A DNA stretch of 64,000 nucleotides, from assembly GCA_043228905.1 (NCBI GenBank), contig JBHGNT010000018.1, forward strand, positions 3,720,001 through 3,784,000, in the 5' to 3' direction. The DNA is from Azolla caroliniana. Lineage: Eukaryota > Plantae > Polypodiophyta. The notes below the pieces were generated by a model. It was not told the DNA's origin and ran no database searches. It was given only the letters and a program-made list of their open reading frames with translations. The translations under genes and the position numbers were made by a program. Positions 12,600-26,800 of this stretch are shown here, piece after piece; the stretch's first letter is position 1; each line of letters starts with the position of its first letter.

Positions 12600-13900
12600 A
12601 GTCCCAACATAAGTAAAGTCTCCTTTGATAAGAAGGTAGGTAGCCTTCTTCTATATGCAGAAACTCTAGGACCTATTGTGTTCACACTTGAATACTTTAT
12701 GAGAAGTGGTAAAGTGATAACACACTTAATAGTTATCTCACACCGTAGAATTTAATATTACAATTCATACCCGTGCTCCTTTCAGAATTAACCTACATGT
12801 ACTCACTTTAAGATTAGGGAAAACTACGGAAAACCTATCTCATGATTATTCCTAACTAATGGGAAAGTAGCTTCATTTTGGGAAAAAAAAACCTATCTCA
12901 TGATTAGTTATGATTATACACATAAAAAGTAGTTTCACAATATCTAGGTAATGAGACCTATGAAAAAGAGAATAGTCAATATAATGATGAAGTATTATTG
13001 CATTAAATAGAAATGGATGGTGACATTTGCCCTATATACATTATGAGAAGTGACGCATGTGACCACTGAGGGGGAAAATAAAGCCATATACATAGGCTTG
13101 AGATAAAATCCTTTAACTACCAAGGCCCCCATATGGTTATTGGGGCTCTATGAAGTAGGAATGTTATTCTTGGATTGTCACATGAACAAACTATGATATT
13201 TTGGGTTCCCAACATACCAACTCTATCCTCCCAACAAGTTGTTTACATCTAGGTGGTATGCTTTTGATAGGATTCCTTCATTTAGAAAGAAAATAAACCT
13301 TAATGAGTGCAATTGTATATTTAGAATGTCCACGAACATAAAGGTAATTTGCTAATCTCTATTGGCATGCAAAGCAAATAGAGATTAGGATTATGATCGA
13401 GATGAATGAGTACGGGTATTAGCACCATTTGAAACTAGATATGACTCAACTAGGAATTGGATGGACATTCTCACGAGAATAGATCGGATGCTTACTATTG
13501 AGACTCAATATTGTGACATGAAAGATCCATTCCTAGATTGCTTAATCATCATAGACGCATCCCACTTTGAAACTAGAACCTCAAATGCTTAGACCAAGAT
13601 TTGCAAGCACTAAGAACCAATGGTTGTAAACATACACTTGCTCATAAAGGAATGATAGTGAAACCCCATTACAAATTCATGATGGCCTCGCACAAGTTAA
13701 AGAAATAAACCTTGACAACATTGACGACCCTTGCAATGTCTTTGTAGCAATAGATTAAATTTCCTTCGAATTGTCAACATTGAGGAATCTCGCAAAGACA
13801 TTCAAGCATGTGTATGCATGGATCTATGTAGAGATAAAAGGTGCGCCATGAAGTAGTGATGCACACCATCACCCTAAAATGACGAACATTCGCTATGGCA
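12600..13900 (+). pseudogene. Old Ty3/Gypsy (Athila/Tat-like) pol remnant
   Basis: At ~13700-13880: KEINL...DP.NVFVA...FKHVYAWIY.EIKG..EVVMHTI, matching the start of a Gypsy RT (FKDVFAWSY..LKG...HTI). Boundaries are approximate. Confidence 0.5.
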
Positions 13901-16679
13901 CCAAATAAGAGATGATGTGGATAAGGTGTAAGATGCATGCATAATCGAGTTGATAGAACACATCCGTTGGTTGTCACCTAATATTGTTTTCACTTATTGT
14001 GGTGGTTTTACCAGTGGTTTAAGAACTTGAATGGGTCAATACAAAAGTGTACGTACACACAGATGTATAATATGTCTACATAAAATAATATGATGGCAAT
14101 ATTTGATCTAGGTTGTTTAAGATTGTTTTCTTTAATTCATACTTCTTTTTACATCTTTTGTTTTCATTGGTTTTGGTCATACATTCCCCACAAACCACAT
14201 TGGCATAACAATGAACTTTGCATATTAAGGAGACATGCATTGATACATACATGCTAGTTTCAAAGTCCACACAACATTGTTATTTTTTTACACATATACC
14301 TCATAGAGAAACTTTGTGAGCTTTGAAGATGATGCATGGACATAGACACTTTGAATTGAGCACTCTTGAATTACAATATGTTTGCATGATGCATGCACTA
14401 GTGGAATGATGGAAGTTGGTGACGTTTTATAGCAAATTGAAGGATCATGATTTTTACATGGAGTGAAATAATTTTAGAAGACATAGTTATGCGATATCAA
14501 TCTTGGGAAAACCTAGGAAGGGATTGTACAATCTAAAAATGAGGTTTTAGAACTAGATAATTATGTGGAGAAGAATATAGTCATGAACGTTTTGGCCATA
14601 AGCAAAACATTGGTCCGATGAACAGACTTGGAGATGTAATTTGAAACAAGAAAATGCAATATGTTTGCTTCACAAGTACGAGACCTTTAATTAAGGCATG
14701 ATATTTCATTGATAGATGATACTATCACTTTAAGAGATTATTTTTATTGCTTTAATGTCCAAGTTTCATCACCATAAAATATTGAGATCAAGTTTGAATT
14801 GGTTTCATTGCACAAGAGGGATCGTCAGTTTCTAAATGACATCATCATGTGTTGCAAAGGAAGTCTAATGCTTACCACCCTTGAGCAAAGGATCAACATT
14901 TTTGGAATGACACAAGTTGTTGATCCATAGAGAGATTGGCATAAGAAGTTGTGCATTTAACTACTTGGGCATAAATGACATAATTTAGAGTTTCTAATGG
15001 TATGATCCTCTTCAATTGGTGTATGTCTCCTTTCTCTACCTGCAATGATTAGGCTATGATTTATCTATTTGTTTGTCTTCCTTCCTTTCTGATGTATTAA
15101 CTTTTGTTTGCTATTCATTTCTCTCTTTACCATACGTAGGCACGTGAAGTATTGTTTCATCCTGATGGTTATTTGAATATTATGTTCTTTGCAAGCTCCC
15201 CAGAGATTTAGTCGAACACAATCAACATGTAAGATATGGTTGTGTTGGTTCAGCGCTGACAACTTTTAAAACTTTGAAGAACACTTCAGCTGAGTTTACC
15301 CATTCCAACATGTATATGCTTCAGACTTGCATGCTTAGTACAAGTTCCCCAAATTGGTGTAATAGTTACCTAAAACCATAAAAAAACTTAAGCTATTAGG
15401 GACAAATAAATTATAAGTAAAATTATAACAACTTGGGAGCACATTCCAACAATTACATGCTTATCAATAAGGGTAAATTTCGCTTAGGAAATCAACTTTC
15501 ATTGCAATTCCAAGTTTTAAACTTGGATAAAGTTCTAGCCATTGTCATCCAAAAATGTTTTGTGCTCCTTGTGCTAGAGCATATTGATTTTTTGTAAGGA
15601 GAACATGTTCTCAATGTTATTTTATGAAATTTCACCATTGATTTAGAAGGAAAAAGGTTGGACCTACCATTGGCAAATATTTGCAACTAACAAGAATTTG
15701 AATGCAAGTCTAAGTACATTGCAGAAAGACGATAAAATATTTCTAGGTAGAGAGAATTCCAATTGCAATTGGCATTTTGGAGTTTATGAAATATCTCTCA
15801 GATTGTTCCAAATGCTATAATCACTCTACCAAGCTTCTCACTTGAATCCAGTGCCCATTGTAGCTATACATACAACAAACTTTTGTGCTGTGAACTTAGG
15901 ACAAGAGTTTAGGTTCTTAAACACACTAGTCACACTTGACTGGGTTTATATTGCATTGATAAAGGGATTCTGTTTTAATAATAAGAGAAGGTAGAGTGGA
16001 GGAGAGCTTGACAGATATTGTTGTGTGTTGGAATTGCATGATGAGGAAGATCACAAGGGAAAATGCTAGAGGCGCAAAGGATGATAAAGAAGAGAGACCA
16101 CCTATTTCCCCCATTATTAGCACTAAAGCCTCAATAAACCACATGGCTTATATCACATTGGAGTTGGGAACAACAACAATAGTGATTAAGGCCTTTCATT
16201 CATCACACTAGTTATCTAAAGTTTGGTACTTGTCGATGACTACATCCATTATACTCAGTCACCTATAGTCAACAAAATGACAAAGTGATCATACCATATA
16301 TCATTCTCTTATACACAAAACTTGGGTTAATGCTTTGAGAACAGACATTACTTTCTATAGAGACCATTTCTGACACTAATCACATTCATGGATTTCCAGT
16401 TTGACTAAGTTACATGGACACACACATCCTCTTCTACAATTTGATATATGGAAACTGTCAGTTCACATGGTCAATTGACTTTTTGCGCATTCAATTTGCT
16501 AAACCAATCCATTCTAACATCAAACCATTCAAACTCCTTAGAAAATCATTTGCATAAACAATAAGATTGAAAATATGTAAAAAAGAGAAGAAATCATGTA
16601 TCTACAAAGATAATATGAGAACATCAAATTATTAAAGAGGTCTTAGGGTTTATGATGTTTTACATTAATTTATATTATA

Positions 16680-16870
16680 AAAACAAGCCTATAAGACGTT
16701 TAAGCCATTTAAATTGTTTGGTCATGATTTCAAGATTGATAAACCATGAACCCAAGAACCTAAACAAAATTGTCAACCCCCCAAACCAAACCAAACTAAT
16801 TTGCCAAGCAATTAAGCAGGCAAATTGGATTTCATGGTTTGCTTTTGACTCAAACCGAATTGTTACCAAT
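16680..16870. mobile_element. Degenerate AAACC/GGTTT-rich MITE-like remnant
   Basis: Clustered CCAAACC/AAACCG motifs like those inside the 2356-2537 MITE; termini could not be resolved. Confidence 0.3.
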
Positions 16871-17020
16871 TTCTTCTCAAGTCACGACTTTTCCCATTAA
16901 TGTACATATGAATAATTACCAAAATTGTTACATCCCAAAATCACACGAATGGAAACAAATACAAGATAAAAATAATCTTATATTATATTCACAACTCAAT
17001 ATATTACAATTGTTCCAATA

Positions 17021-17288
17021 TTGGGACAAAAACAAAATCTAAGTTGGGACAAGTGGGATGAGTTTGGACAAATCCAAAACTGATCCAAAGGAGAGAGTGC
17101 ACCACCACATTCCTTGGAGCAAAATGAGTGAATTTGAGAATGAATGGAATGAGAAAAGGCTCCTCATATAAGGGCAAATATGGCCGTTGGGTAGTCCCTT
17201 GGGACTACCTATTGGGACTCTAGTTGGGACAAACCATGGTGGTGCCCCTTTTGGGACTGGGCTCTCTAGCGAGTCCTAGTTGGGACAA
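17021..17288 (+). repeat. Cluster of seven TTGGGAC motifs, probably DNA-transposon subterminal repeats
   Basis: TTGGGAC occurs near 17022, 17044, 17199, 17212, 17224, 17252 and 17280. Confidence 0.45.
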
Positions 17289-18446
17289 TACAAAAATACC
17301 TAATGATTTTGTGGAAAAAAAACTAATGACCCAATAACTTAGGGTCACAAAAGTTGACTTGCATCATTAGAAGAATATGAGGTGATGGTTATGTAATGAG
17401 AAGAAGGTTATTCCGATAGCTATCGTGGAGCCGAAAATGAACAATAATAAAACATTTAAGAATGACTAGAGAGTGACAAGTGAAGGTGCAATGAGTTGGG
17501 AAGGAAATTCTCGAGTCAAGACAATCATAGCAAGGCGAGGGATGGGATGGGTGCTACGTGATTTGACCTTACATAAAGTCCACTAGTTAGTGTGTTTGTG
17601 ATGGGAATAACAAAAGGGGGGTGATAAGGTTTTTTTCCTTGTTTTTTCCAACAAATCCAAAGAGAATAAAGAAAACAAACAATTACTTAAAAGAGGATTA
17701 TAGTAGTGTATTATGAAGTTGAGAGAGAATATTTTTTATTGTTTTATGACCAATGCTTTTGAAATATTTGTCAAATGCAAAGGATCTGGAACTCAACTTT
17801 CATGTTTAAAAAAGACAGATGGCACAATGACCACATGCACGGAGTAAATGCTTGAAATAGCCACGAGCTATTATACTCAACTACTAAATGTATGCAAAGA
17901 GGAACAAATTGATCAGGCCACGTTCAGAAATATAATAAATAGGATACCAAGGCAAGTTACTGTGCAAATGATGGACCGACTAAATACCCCTATAGGTATA
18001 CAAGAATTGTGGGATGCAATTGGGGATATGAACAAACAAAGTTGTGACGGAATTGATGGACTTCCTATATACTTTTACATCAAATATTGGGATCTAATTA
18101 AGGATGACATGTTGGTAGGGATGCAATACATTATGGTAGAAGGATTAATGCCCACAACAATGTGCAGAGGAATGATTTATTTAATTCCCAAGGATGGAAA
18201 AGACCTGACAACGCTCGATAATTGGCGACCATTGACGATTCTCACCAATGCTGATAAGATAATGGCCAAAGTTGTAACTAAGATATTGAAAATGGTACTA
18301 GGGACATTATACATACAACGCAAATTGACTTCTTGGAAAACCGAAGCATTGTTGACAATGTGATAACTTTTTGGGAATACTCAACATGGGCGGAGGAGCA
18401 AGAAGTGGACCTGACAGTAATGCTACTCGACTTCGAAAAAGCATAT

Positions 18447-21400
18447 TGTAGAAGAATACGTGTGCGGAAGCGTATGCGAAACACAGAGTACACAGTTCGG
18501 AGTACTCAGAAAACACAGAGATGGAGATGGAGAGGGAGAGACAGAGAGAGCAGACAACTCAGTTCTATTTCAAAATAATGACACTCTGTATATACATCGT
18601 GCTCAGTGAGCACCTTTTATACAAGCCCTAGCTATCAGGCTGACACAAGTACTGACAATACTTGACTGCTCATAAATGAGCCTACTACACTAACTCCCAA
18701 AATTATTCCTTACGAGGGATACCATACTAAAGGCCTCGCGGTTTACGCACCACTACGACTACGTTATGCGTACTGTTTCACGCACCCAATCTACACACTA
18801 GGTTACACAACGTATTACGCACCCAATGTTGAGCTTGTCACTCAACACTCCCCCTCAAGCTCAACTTGAGGTTTCGTCTACTCTTTTGGATCTTCACTCC
18901 GGTTCCTTCTGGCTTCACGCCTCACTCGCGCTCCTCGACCCGTTCGATTCCGCGCGCTTCGACCCTTCCGGTCGGCTTGTCTGCTCATCTGGCCCTTCTC
19001 AGCTCCCTTGCTGTCGCGGTGTCAGCGTGTCCTTCGTTGCCCTTTTCTCCGCATGGCCTTCAGTTGATTCGGCGTATCCGAATTGAACATTTCAATTGAA
19101 TCGAACACTTCCGATTCAATTCCGCTCTCATCCGAATTGGCCGTCTCCAATTCATCTCATGTCTTTAGGCCTTTGACTACATCAGACCGCGTCTTGGTCT
19201 TGGCCTTTACACCCTTCTTGGTTGTATCTCCCCCTGATTTGGCTGTCCTCGGCTCTTCCCTACGATTGTGGCCCTTGCTTTCTTCTTCGGCTTCTTCAGC
19301 CAGTCCGGAATCGAATTCTTCATCCAATTCCTCATCACGGTCACTTCCGCCGTCATGAACACCTCCGCTCCTCTCATGCTCTTGTTCCTGTTCTTCCTTT
19401 CTCCCCCTCAAGTTCGGCGTGTCGAGGTGACGCAACCCAAGCTCACCTGAGAAATGTCGTAACTTGTCGAGACCAAGAGGCTTGGTAAAGATGTCGGCAA
19501 TCTACCGATCCGTTGGAACATATGCTAGTTTGACTTCACCTGAAAGGACCCGCTCGCGAACAAAATGGTAATGCACCTCAATGTGCTTGGTTCGGGCGTG
19601 GAAAACGGGGTTCTTCGCAAGGTGGATACTGCTAAGGTTGTCACAATAGATCGTCATCGGATTAGACACCTCTACCTGCAGATCCTGTAAAAGCCGTTTT
19701 AGCCAAATGACTTCGCACGTAGCGACAGTCGCCCCTCGATATTCGGCGTCCGTGCTCGACAGTGCTACTATCGGCTGCTTCTTGCTACTCCATGCGATCG
19801 TCGCACTTCCCAATGAGAATGCGTATCTAGATGTGAATCTACGATCATGGGCATTTCCGGCCCAATCGGCATCCGTGTAGCCGACTAACTGTTCGGCTAC
19901 GCCTACTCGATATAGCAACGCCATGTCTTTTGTGCCGCTGACATAACGCAGTATCCGTTGCACGCACTGAAAGTGTTCGGTCGTAGGCTGCGACATGAAT
20001 TGACTAATCATGCCAACCGGGTAACTGAGGTCCGACTGAGTGATCGTCAAATAGATGAGGCTTCCGACAATCTGTCGGAACCGTGTCGAGTCGCATGCCT
20101 TTCCCGAATCTTGGCAAAGCTTTACATTTCTGTCCAGAGGGGTCGAGATGGGCTTACAATTTGCCATCCCGAACTTGAAGAGCATATTCAGCGCGTAATG
20201 ACGTTGGTTGATCAATATGCCTTCGGGGGTATGGATCACTTCGATCTCGAGGAAGTAATGAAGGTCTCTGAGATCCTTCATTTCAAACGATGCCGCAAAC
20301 TGAGACTTCACGCGGCGGATTTCATCTAGATCGGCACCGGCGATGACTAAATCATCAACATACAATACCATATTGACCTTGCCGAACAAACATAGAAGAG
20401 TCTAATTTCGACAGCACATATGCAATGCTACCTTCTCTTTTCCTTCGGCACATGCACATATGCAATGCTACCGAAAATCCTCAAGTGTGCCAAGTTCGGC
20501 TTCTTCTTGAAATACAAGTGTGGCGTCACTCCTCCATTAACAGAAGTCCGATTCTGCAGGTAGATAACCGTCTTCACGGCTTCAGCCCAATAAAATTTCG
20601 GCATATGCTTCTCTTCAAGCATTGCCCTAGTTGCTTCTTTGATTGCCCGATTCTTCCGCTCGGCTACGCCGTTCTGCTTCGGCGTATATCTACATGAGAA
20701 TTCGCGTTGAATTCCCTTCTTCCGTAGATAACATGTGAACTGGTCGGAGAAGTACTCCTTCCCACCATCGGACCGTAGGCATTTGATTTTATGCCCTGTT
20801 TCCCTTTCCGCAAGGCTCTTCACCTTTAGGAAACATGCAAAGACTTCGCTCTTCTTCGCGATCGTGCATACCCACGTGTGCCGAGTGAAGTTGTCGATGA
20901 AGGTTACAAAGTAACGGCTTCCACCGAGACTCACGTACTGTGCCGGACACCACACATCCAAATGAATCAAATCTCGCGGATTTCGACTACGATTTCGCTT
21001 GTTGGGGAATGGAAGTCAGTGTTGTTTTCCCATCTGACAAGCTTCGCAGACTTGGCCATTACGGCCCCGAAATTTCGGCAAGCCGAAAATAATGTTCTTC
21101 GTCTGCATGTCACGAAGCCGTGGGAAATTTACATGGCCAAACCGCTTGTGCCACAGGTTGATATCCGATTCGACCTTTTGTCCTTTCGCGTACAACGCGG
21201 TGCCGGCTTGATTAGTGTCAAGGATAAACATCCTCCCTTCACGGCACCCTTGCGCGATTACTTTGCCTTCCTCTTCTATGAAGTAGCCGAGATGCGTGAA
21301 TTGAACCTGCATTCCCTAGTCGACGATTTGACCAACCGACACCAGGTTCTTCGTTATTGTCGGGATGTGCAACACGTTCACGAGTTTCCCTTTTTGCCCA

Positions 21401-23044
21401 ACATGGCTAAGGGGAACTTCGCCGACATGTTTGATGGTATGCAGAGTGTCATCCCTCGTTTCGACAACCCCTCGTGATTCCAGCTTCTCCAAGTATGAGA
21501 ACCACTCCTCGTGGCTCGTCATATGATTTGACGCTCCGGAATCAACATACCACACATCGCTCGATTTTGAGGTGTTCATGGCCATTGAGTTGGCCTTATG
21601 CTTCATTACGAAGGCAGGGCCAACTCCATTTCTGGCTCGTTCGGAGCCTTCTGCGTAGTGGGACTTCTGACGCCTCTCCGCGTCCCTTCCGCTTGATCCG
21701 GCTTTGTTCGAATCAACCTTCTTTTTCCAGCACTCGCTCTCCTTGTGGCCTTTCTTGCCACAGTAACAACATTCCGATGCGGCCTTCTCTTGCCGTCTTC
21801 CGGAGCCGCCATGAGTCCCCCTGCTTGCGGAGGGTTCGGAACTACTGTCGGCATTTCGATTATGCCGCTTGTTCTGCTCTTATCGGCCGCCTCCATTACG
21901 TGCCGATCCGCCTTGTCCACCACAACCACGGGGCCTATCATCCTCCATGTAGAGCATCTTGCCATCGGCGTGCACACTCGTTGACGCACCTGCGTGGTTT
22001 TCTTCTACGAGCAACATTGACTGAAGCTCGAAAAACGAAGGCGTATTCTCCCTCGTACAGACCGCCGTTCGGAAAGCTCCGAACTTAGATGCTAACCCAC
22101 CAAGACAAACCTACACCATCTCGTCCTCCTCAACATTCACATTGACAAAGGTGAGTGAGTCGCAGATTTCTTTGATCTTGGTGGTGTAGTCAGCCACCGC
22201 CATATCCTTCTGTCGGACATTGTTGAGCTCCTGTCTGAGCTGCAACTTCCTGGCCGTTGTGCTTGTGGCAAAAATCTTTTTGAGATTCGCCCACACGTCC
22301 TTTGGCGTCTTAGCATCCCGAATATGGCTCAATAGCTGGTCGCTCACACAGGATGCAAAGCAGTAGAGAACTCTGCTTGCCGCTTGTTCCCAAGCCGAAA
22401 AATCTTTGTGTGTCAAATCGGGTGCTACATCATCAGCTCCTTCGACATAACTCCAGTAGCCGTGACTGAGCAGGTATTGGTGCATCTTGTATGACCAAGA
22501 TGCGTAGTTGCTCCTGTCGAGCTTCTCAGTCGGTAGCGAGCCTCCCATACCTCTGTCCATATTGTTGTCTTTTTCTTTTCCGAACAAAAACGAACAACAA
22601 CTTCAACTCTGTTTTGTCGCAAGCTTTTCTTGTCAGCTACAGAGGACTTCAACCCTTGCGCTCTGATACCATGTAGAAGAATATGTGTGCGGAAGCGTAT
22701 GCGAAACACAGAGTACACAGTTCGGAGAACTCAGAAAACACAGAGATGGAGAGGGAGAGGGAGAGACAGAGAGAGCAGACAACTCAGTTCTATTTCAAAA
22801 TAATGAGCACCTTTTATACAAACTCTGACTATTGGGCTGACACAAGTACTGACAGTACTTGACTGCTCATAAATGAGCCTACTACACTAACTCCCAAAAT
22901 TATTCCTTACGAGGAATACCATACTAACAGCCTCGCGGTTTACGCACCGCTACGGCTATGTTATGCGTACTGTTTCACGCACCCAATCTATGCATTGGGT
23001 TACACAACGTATTACACACCCAATGTTGAGCTTGTCACTCAACA
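18447..23044 (-). mobile_element. Ty1/Copia LTR retrotransposon (Copia-2), related to Copia-1, defective
   Basis: LTRs at 18447-18847 and 22672-23044; TSD CATAT; Met-tRNA PBS at 22660-22671; PPT at ~18848-18860. Gag LPTEKLDRSNYASW, protease DSGASNHM, rve core (20428-20970) and RNase H are present; the N-terminal part of RT is deleted at ~20420. Confidence 0.95.
18848..22587 (-). pseudogene. Copia-2 gag-pol remnants with a C-terminal tail
   Basis: ORF fragments: gag 22111-22587, PR 21316-21606, GAG-pre-IN 21016-21312, IN 20428-20970, RT end/RNase H 19502-20389, tail 19157-19435. Confidence 0.88.
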
Positions 23045-23210
23045 CATATGATAGAATCTCATGGGAATTCCTAGAAGCAATGATGGTAGCCCTAGGCTTT
23101 GAACAACAACGGATCCTTGGGACAAGTGCCTTTTATAGAGGTGCATTCAACCAAGTTTTAATGGTTGGAAGTATGGGGAAGAGCGTCAAGATGTTACGTT
23201 CGATACATCA

Positions 23211-23848
23211 AGGATGCCCATTGGCCCCGTACCTATACATCATTGCAGTAGAAGCTTTGCAATATCAAATTTTTGATAAATCTTGGCAAATACAAGGCCT
23301 TACCTTGCCCGATGATGTAGGAATGGTGCTTGATACAACATATGTTGATGACACAACGAACTATGTCAAGGGTGATGCAAACAACTTGGGCAGATTACAA
23401 AGTGCAATTGATGAGTTCTGTAGGGAATCGGGTACTAAAATAAATTGGAATAAATCAGTGGGCATTTGGATAAGTAATAAGCCCGTTATAAATTGGGCCC
23501 TTGACCTAATTTCAGATGGTTGAGAAGAGGATGCCCATTGGCCCCGTACCTATACATCATTGCAGTAGAAGCTTTGCAATATCAAATTTTTGATAAATCT
23601 TGGCAAATACAAGGCCTTACCTTGCCCGATGATGTAGGAATGGTGCTTGATACGGCATATGTTGATGACACAGCAACCTATGTCAAGGGTGATGCAAACA
23701 ACTTGGGCAGATTACAAAGTGCAATTGATGAGTTCTGTAAGGAATCGGGTACTAAAATAAATTGGAATAAATCAGTGGGCATTTGGATAAGTAATAAGCC
23801 CGTTATAAATTGGGCCCTTGACCTAATTTTAGATGGTTGAGAAGAGGA
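23211..23848 (+). repeat. 317-bp tandem duplication inside the LINE RT
   Basis: Copies start at 23211 and 23528, with AGGA microhomology at the junctions; ORFs 22963-23523 and 23520-23840 repeat the same peptide. Confidence 0.95.
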
Positions 23849-26800
23849 GAAGCTACTAGATACTTGGGCTTCAAAATTGGTATGGACATCACATGAGCAG
23901 AACACTAGAATCTACTAGTGGACAAAATAAAAGCTAAGCTAATATGGTGGAATGCAAGAAAACTATCCTTCGCGGGCAAGTTTGTGATTGCAAATCAGGT
24001 TCTAATGGCTACCATATGGCATACTACTGCATGTTGGGTAATCGTGCCCAAGTTGACCCAAATATTGGGGAAGTATGCAGAGTCTATGTGCTATTGGAAT
24101 TATGAAAGCATGGCAAGGAATAAAAAAGGGGATCACATGTAGGTGGAGAAATGATGCATATGCTTGGATGTACATGCCAATTGTGTGGAACCCACTGATT
24201 AGAGATGTGGATGGGCTGATGATTGGACAAAAAGCAGGCTTCAAATGGGCCGACTTAATCAATGCCCAAGGGATGCATTAATGGATTGGAAGAGATTTTT
24301 GTCTAATGATGTGGGCATTCAAAAGGCTAGAATATGGAGAATAAGCAGGGGTAAAGGCATGCTCAAGAGAATTACAGATGCCATTGCATGCAATAGGCAT
24401 ACTCTGGAAGAGGAAGATATAATTACTTTTGAAACTGCATGGACAAAACTTATAGATGCTGAGAATTGTCTAATTGTATTTAAGGGAGTGAAAGTAGAAT
24501 CCAATGAGGCATACTACTACAAAATAGAGCACGGAATGGCAAGATGTGAACAACCAACCTATCAAAGCGAAAGGCCAATTAGGGTGATTGCGAAAAATGG
24601 AAAGGATGTGATTATTGACCCTAAGCCAAGGGAGATCACACTGACGACAGTGTCTTGGCCAATAGAAGGGCATTCAGATCAGCTATCGTGGGACCCAACA
24701 ATGTACTTCTGGAGAAATCAAGGGTGAATTGAGGGGGCAAAGCTGCTTCAATTTTTTAGGTACAACACTAAAATTGGGAGACAAATTATCCTAAAACAAG
24801 AACACGACAAGATTGTGGAACATAAATTTTGGATACATGAAGGCATTAGTGAAAGGAGACTAGATCAATTCTGGAAAATGATATGGCATGACAGTAATGA
24901 CCACAAGATATGATGTGTTTATGGTTTATTGCGCATAGAGCCTTGTTAGTAGGGATGTGGGGTAAAGGCCCCAATGTACAACCTAGATGTACTGCATGTG
25001 GACAATTAGAAAGCATTTCCCATTGTCCATGGGAATGTTGTGAGGCAATGGTTGTATGGAGAAGGGCGTTACGTTTGTTTTGCCATGCCTCTAGTTCTTT
25101 CACCCTCAACTAGGGACATGCTTGCTGGAATTGCCTTGAGGATGATGTCGCGAAATACAATAGCACATGCAAAGCTATGTACAGAGGGGAGTATGGAATT
25201 GTTCTGTTGATCACTAACAACAGGGTACCTATAGTTATTGCGCAGAAGCAAAAATTTGGAGCTCTATGGACGCTACTTGCAGCCATTACCATATGGCAAA
25301 GTGTACCAAGGTATTTTCAGCAAACAAACGCCCTCCAACTGAATCGATTAAGCTAATATGGCACACACTAATAACTACATTGAGAGCTTAATATGAGCGG
25401 ATTGATGGTATTGATGATGCTTCAGATTTAATGAGGCTGAATTTCAGAAAACATTGGTGTACTACACCAATGCCATAGCAAATGGAATGGATATACGATG
25501 GTAGTATGTAGTACCTAGATGGTTGTTCCCCCCTCCCATTAGTTGAAAGAGGGGTGTGAACGAGATGTCATGGGGGATATTGAATGAAGGTGATGTGTAG
25601 GAAAGTTTGGCTAGAGACCCATGCGAAAGTGTAAGATAAATAAGTGAGATCACTCATATTTAACTAATGGAGTATATTCTTTTTTGGTAGAAAATGTAGA
25701 TGAGACATTAGAGCTTAAGATTAGGACCGTATCCGCAATGTTCTAGAAACTAGAAGGCAAATAGAGTTTTATGCCCTTCAAAAAGTTTACAAAATCATAT
25801 TGAAAGCTGGGACAATGCCAAAATTCCCCCATAGGAAAACTACCAAAGTTGTCAAAGATATCCAAAATTGGTTTACAAAATGGCTCGTTGAAGAATATTT
25901 CAATGTGCACATTGAGAATAAGAAGGGAACAACGAACATTGGTCAATGTTTAACATTCAACGCCGTTCACACCAAATAGAGAATACCCCAACATAAATCT
26001 AAGTTTGAGTACAAGTATAGCCATATTGCTACTCAACATTGGGACAATTGTCAAGGGAAGTTAGCTTATGGCCAAGCTCACATGTGCACACCTATGCACA
26101 AGAGAGTGAGACATGTCACCTCACTACATGAAAATGCGCACAGAAATTGACGTAGAAACTAGGGATTGTCATCTCACTAGGGATTGGTTACAAAGAAAGA
26201 GAGTATACGATCAAAGATTCCTTAATGGTGACTATAAAATAGGAACATCTCGCTTTGGAATTCCTTAAACACGAGAATATTATGCACAATGTTTTGGAGT
26301 TCCTACAAGGTCATATAAGCTCAAAAGGAAACCCAATGACACTAGACACAATCTTTGCTTGATGGTGATAGTGACAAAAAAAATAGAAGATTCAAACAAT
26401 GCAATTTGACAATTATCTTAGTTTTTTAATTGAGCTTTCCTTTTTCCCTTTTGTTGAACCATTTTAAACTTGCCCAATCTATACATCACAAGGAGAGTGC
26501 TCAATAATGATTGTTGATCATAGGGGTCATTTAGCCCCAAAGGAGATTAATCTATCATCATCTCTTCATCTTTGTGTGTGTGTGTGTGTCGTGCTTCATG
26601 CAATAACATGAAGGTCACAAGTTCTCAACAAGACATGTTCTACATAGCAATGAAAAATTAGCCTAGTTTAGGACCTAATACCAAGACCTTGACAATATGT
26701 ACATGTTCTAAGTACCAATTGAGTAATAATAGCCAACTGAAGCTCATTTGTAGCCACCCCCCACCCCGCCCCCCCTTATTAGAAAGGAGTCATACACGAG

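Larger units (their letters stand above)
17760..25545 (+). mobile_element. L1/Tx1-like LINE (5'-truncated ORF2: RT and zinc finger), split by Copia-2
   Basis: Motifs GIDGLP..FY..W, NWRPLTIL, LLDFEKAY|DRISW (joined across the CATAT TSD), QGCPLAPYLY, YVDDT, zinc finger CTACGQLESISHCPWEC, and terminal PRWLFPPP. Multiple frameshifts. Confidence 0.9.

Noticed and set aside
14300-15900. Possible decayed DNA transposase
   Set aside because: It has a coding-like texture, but I could not verify any catalytic or dimerisation motif by eye.
7200-20430. Copia-1 (no integrase core) and Copia-2 (RT partly deleted) as a complementing pair
   Set aside because: They have different LTR families and both carry several additional stops and frameshifts; independent decay is simpler.
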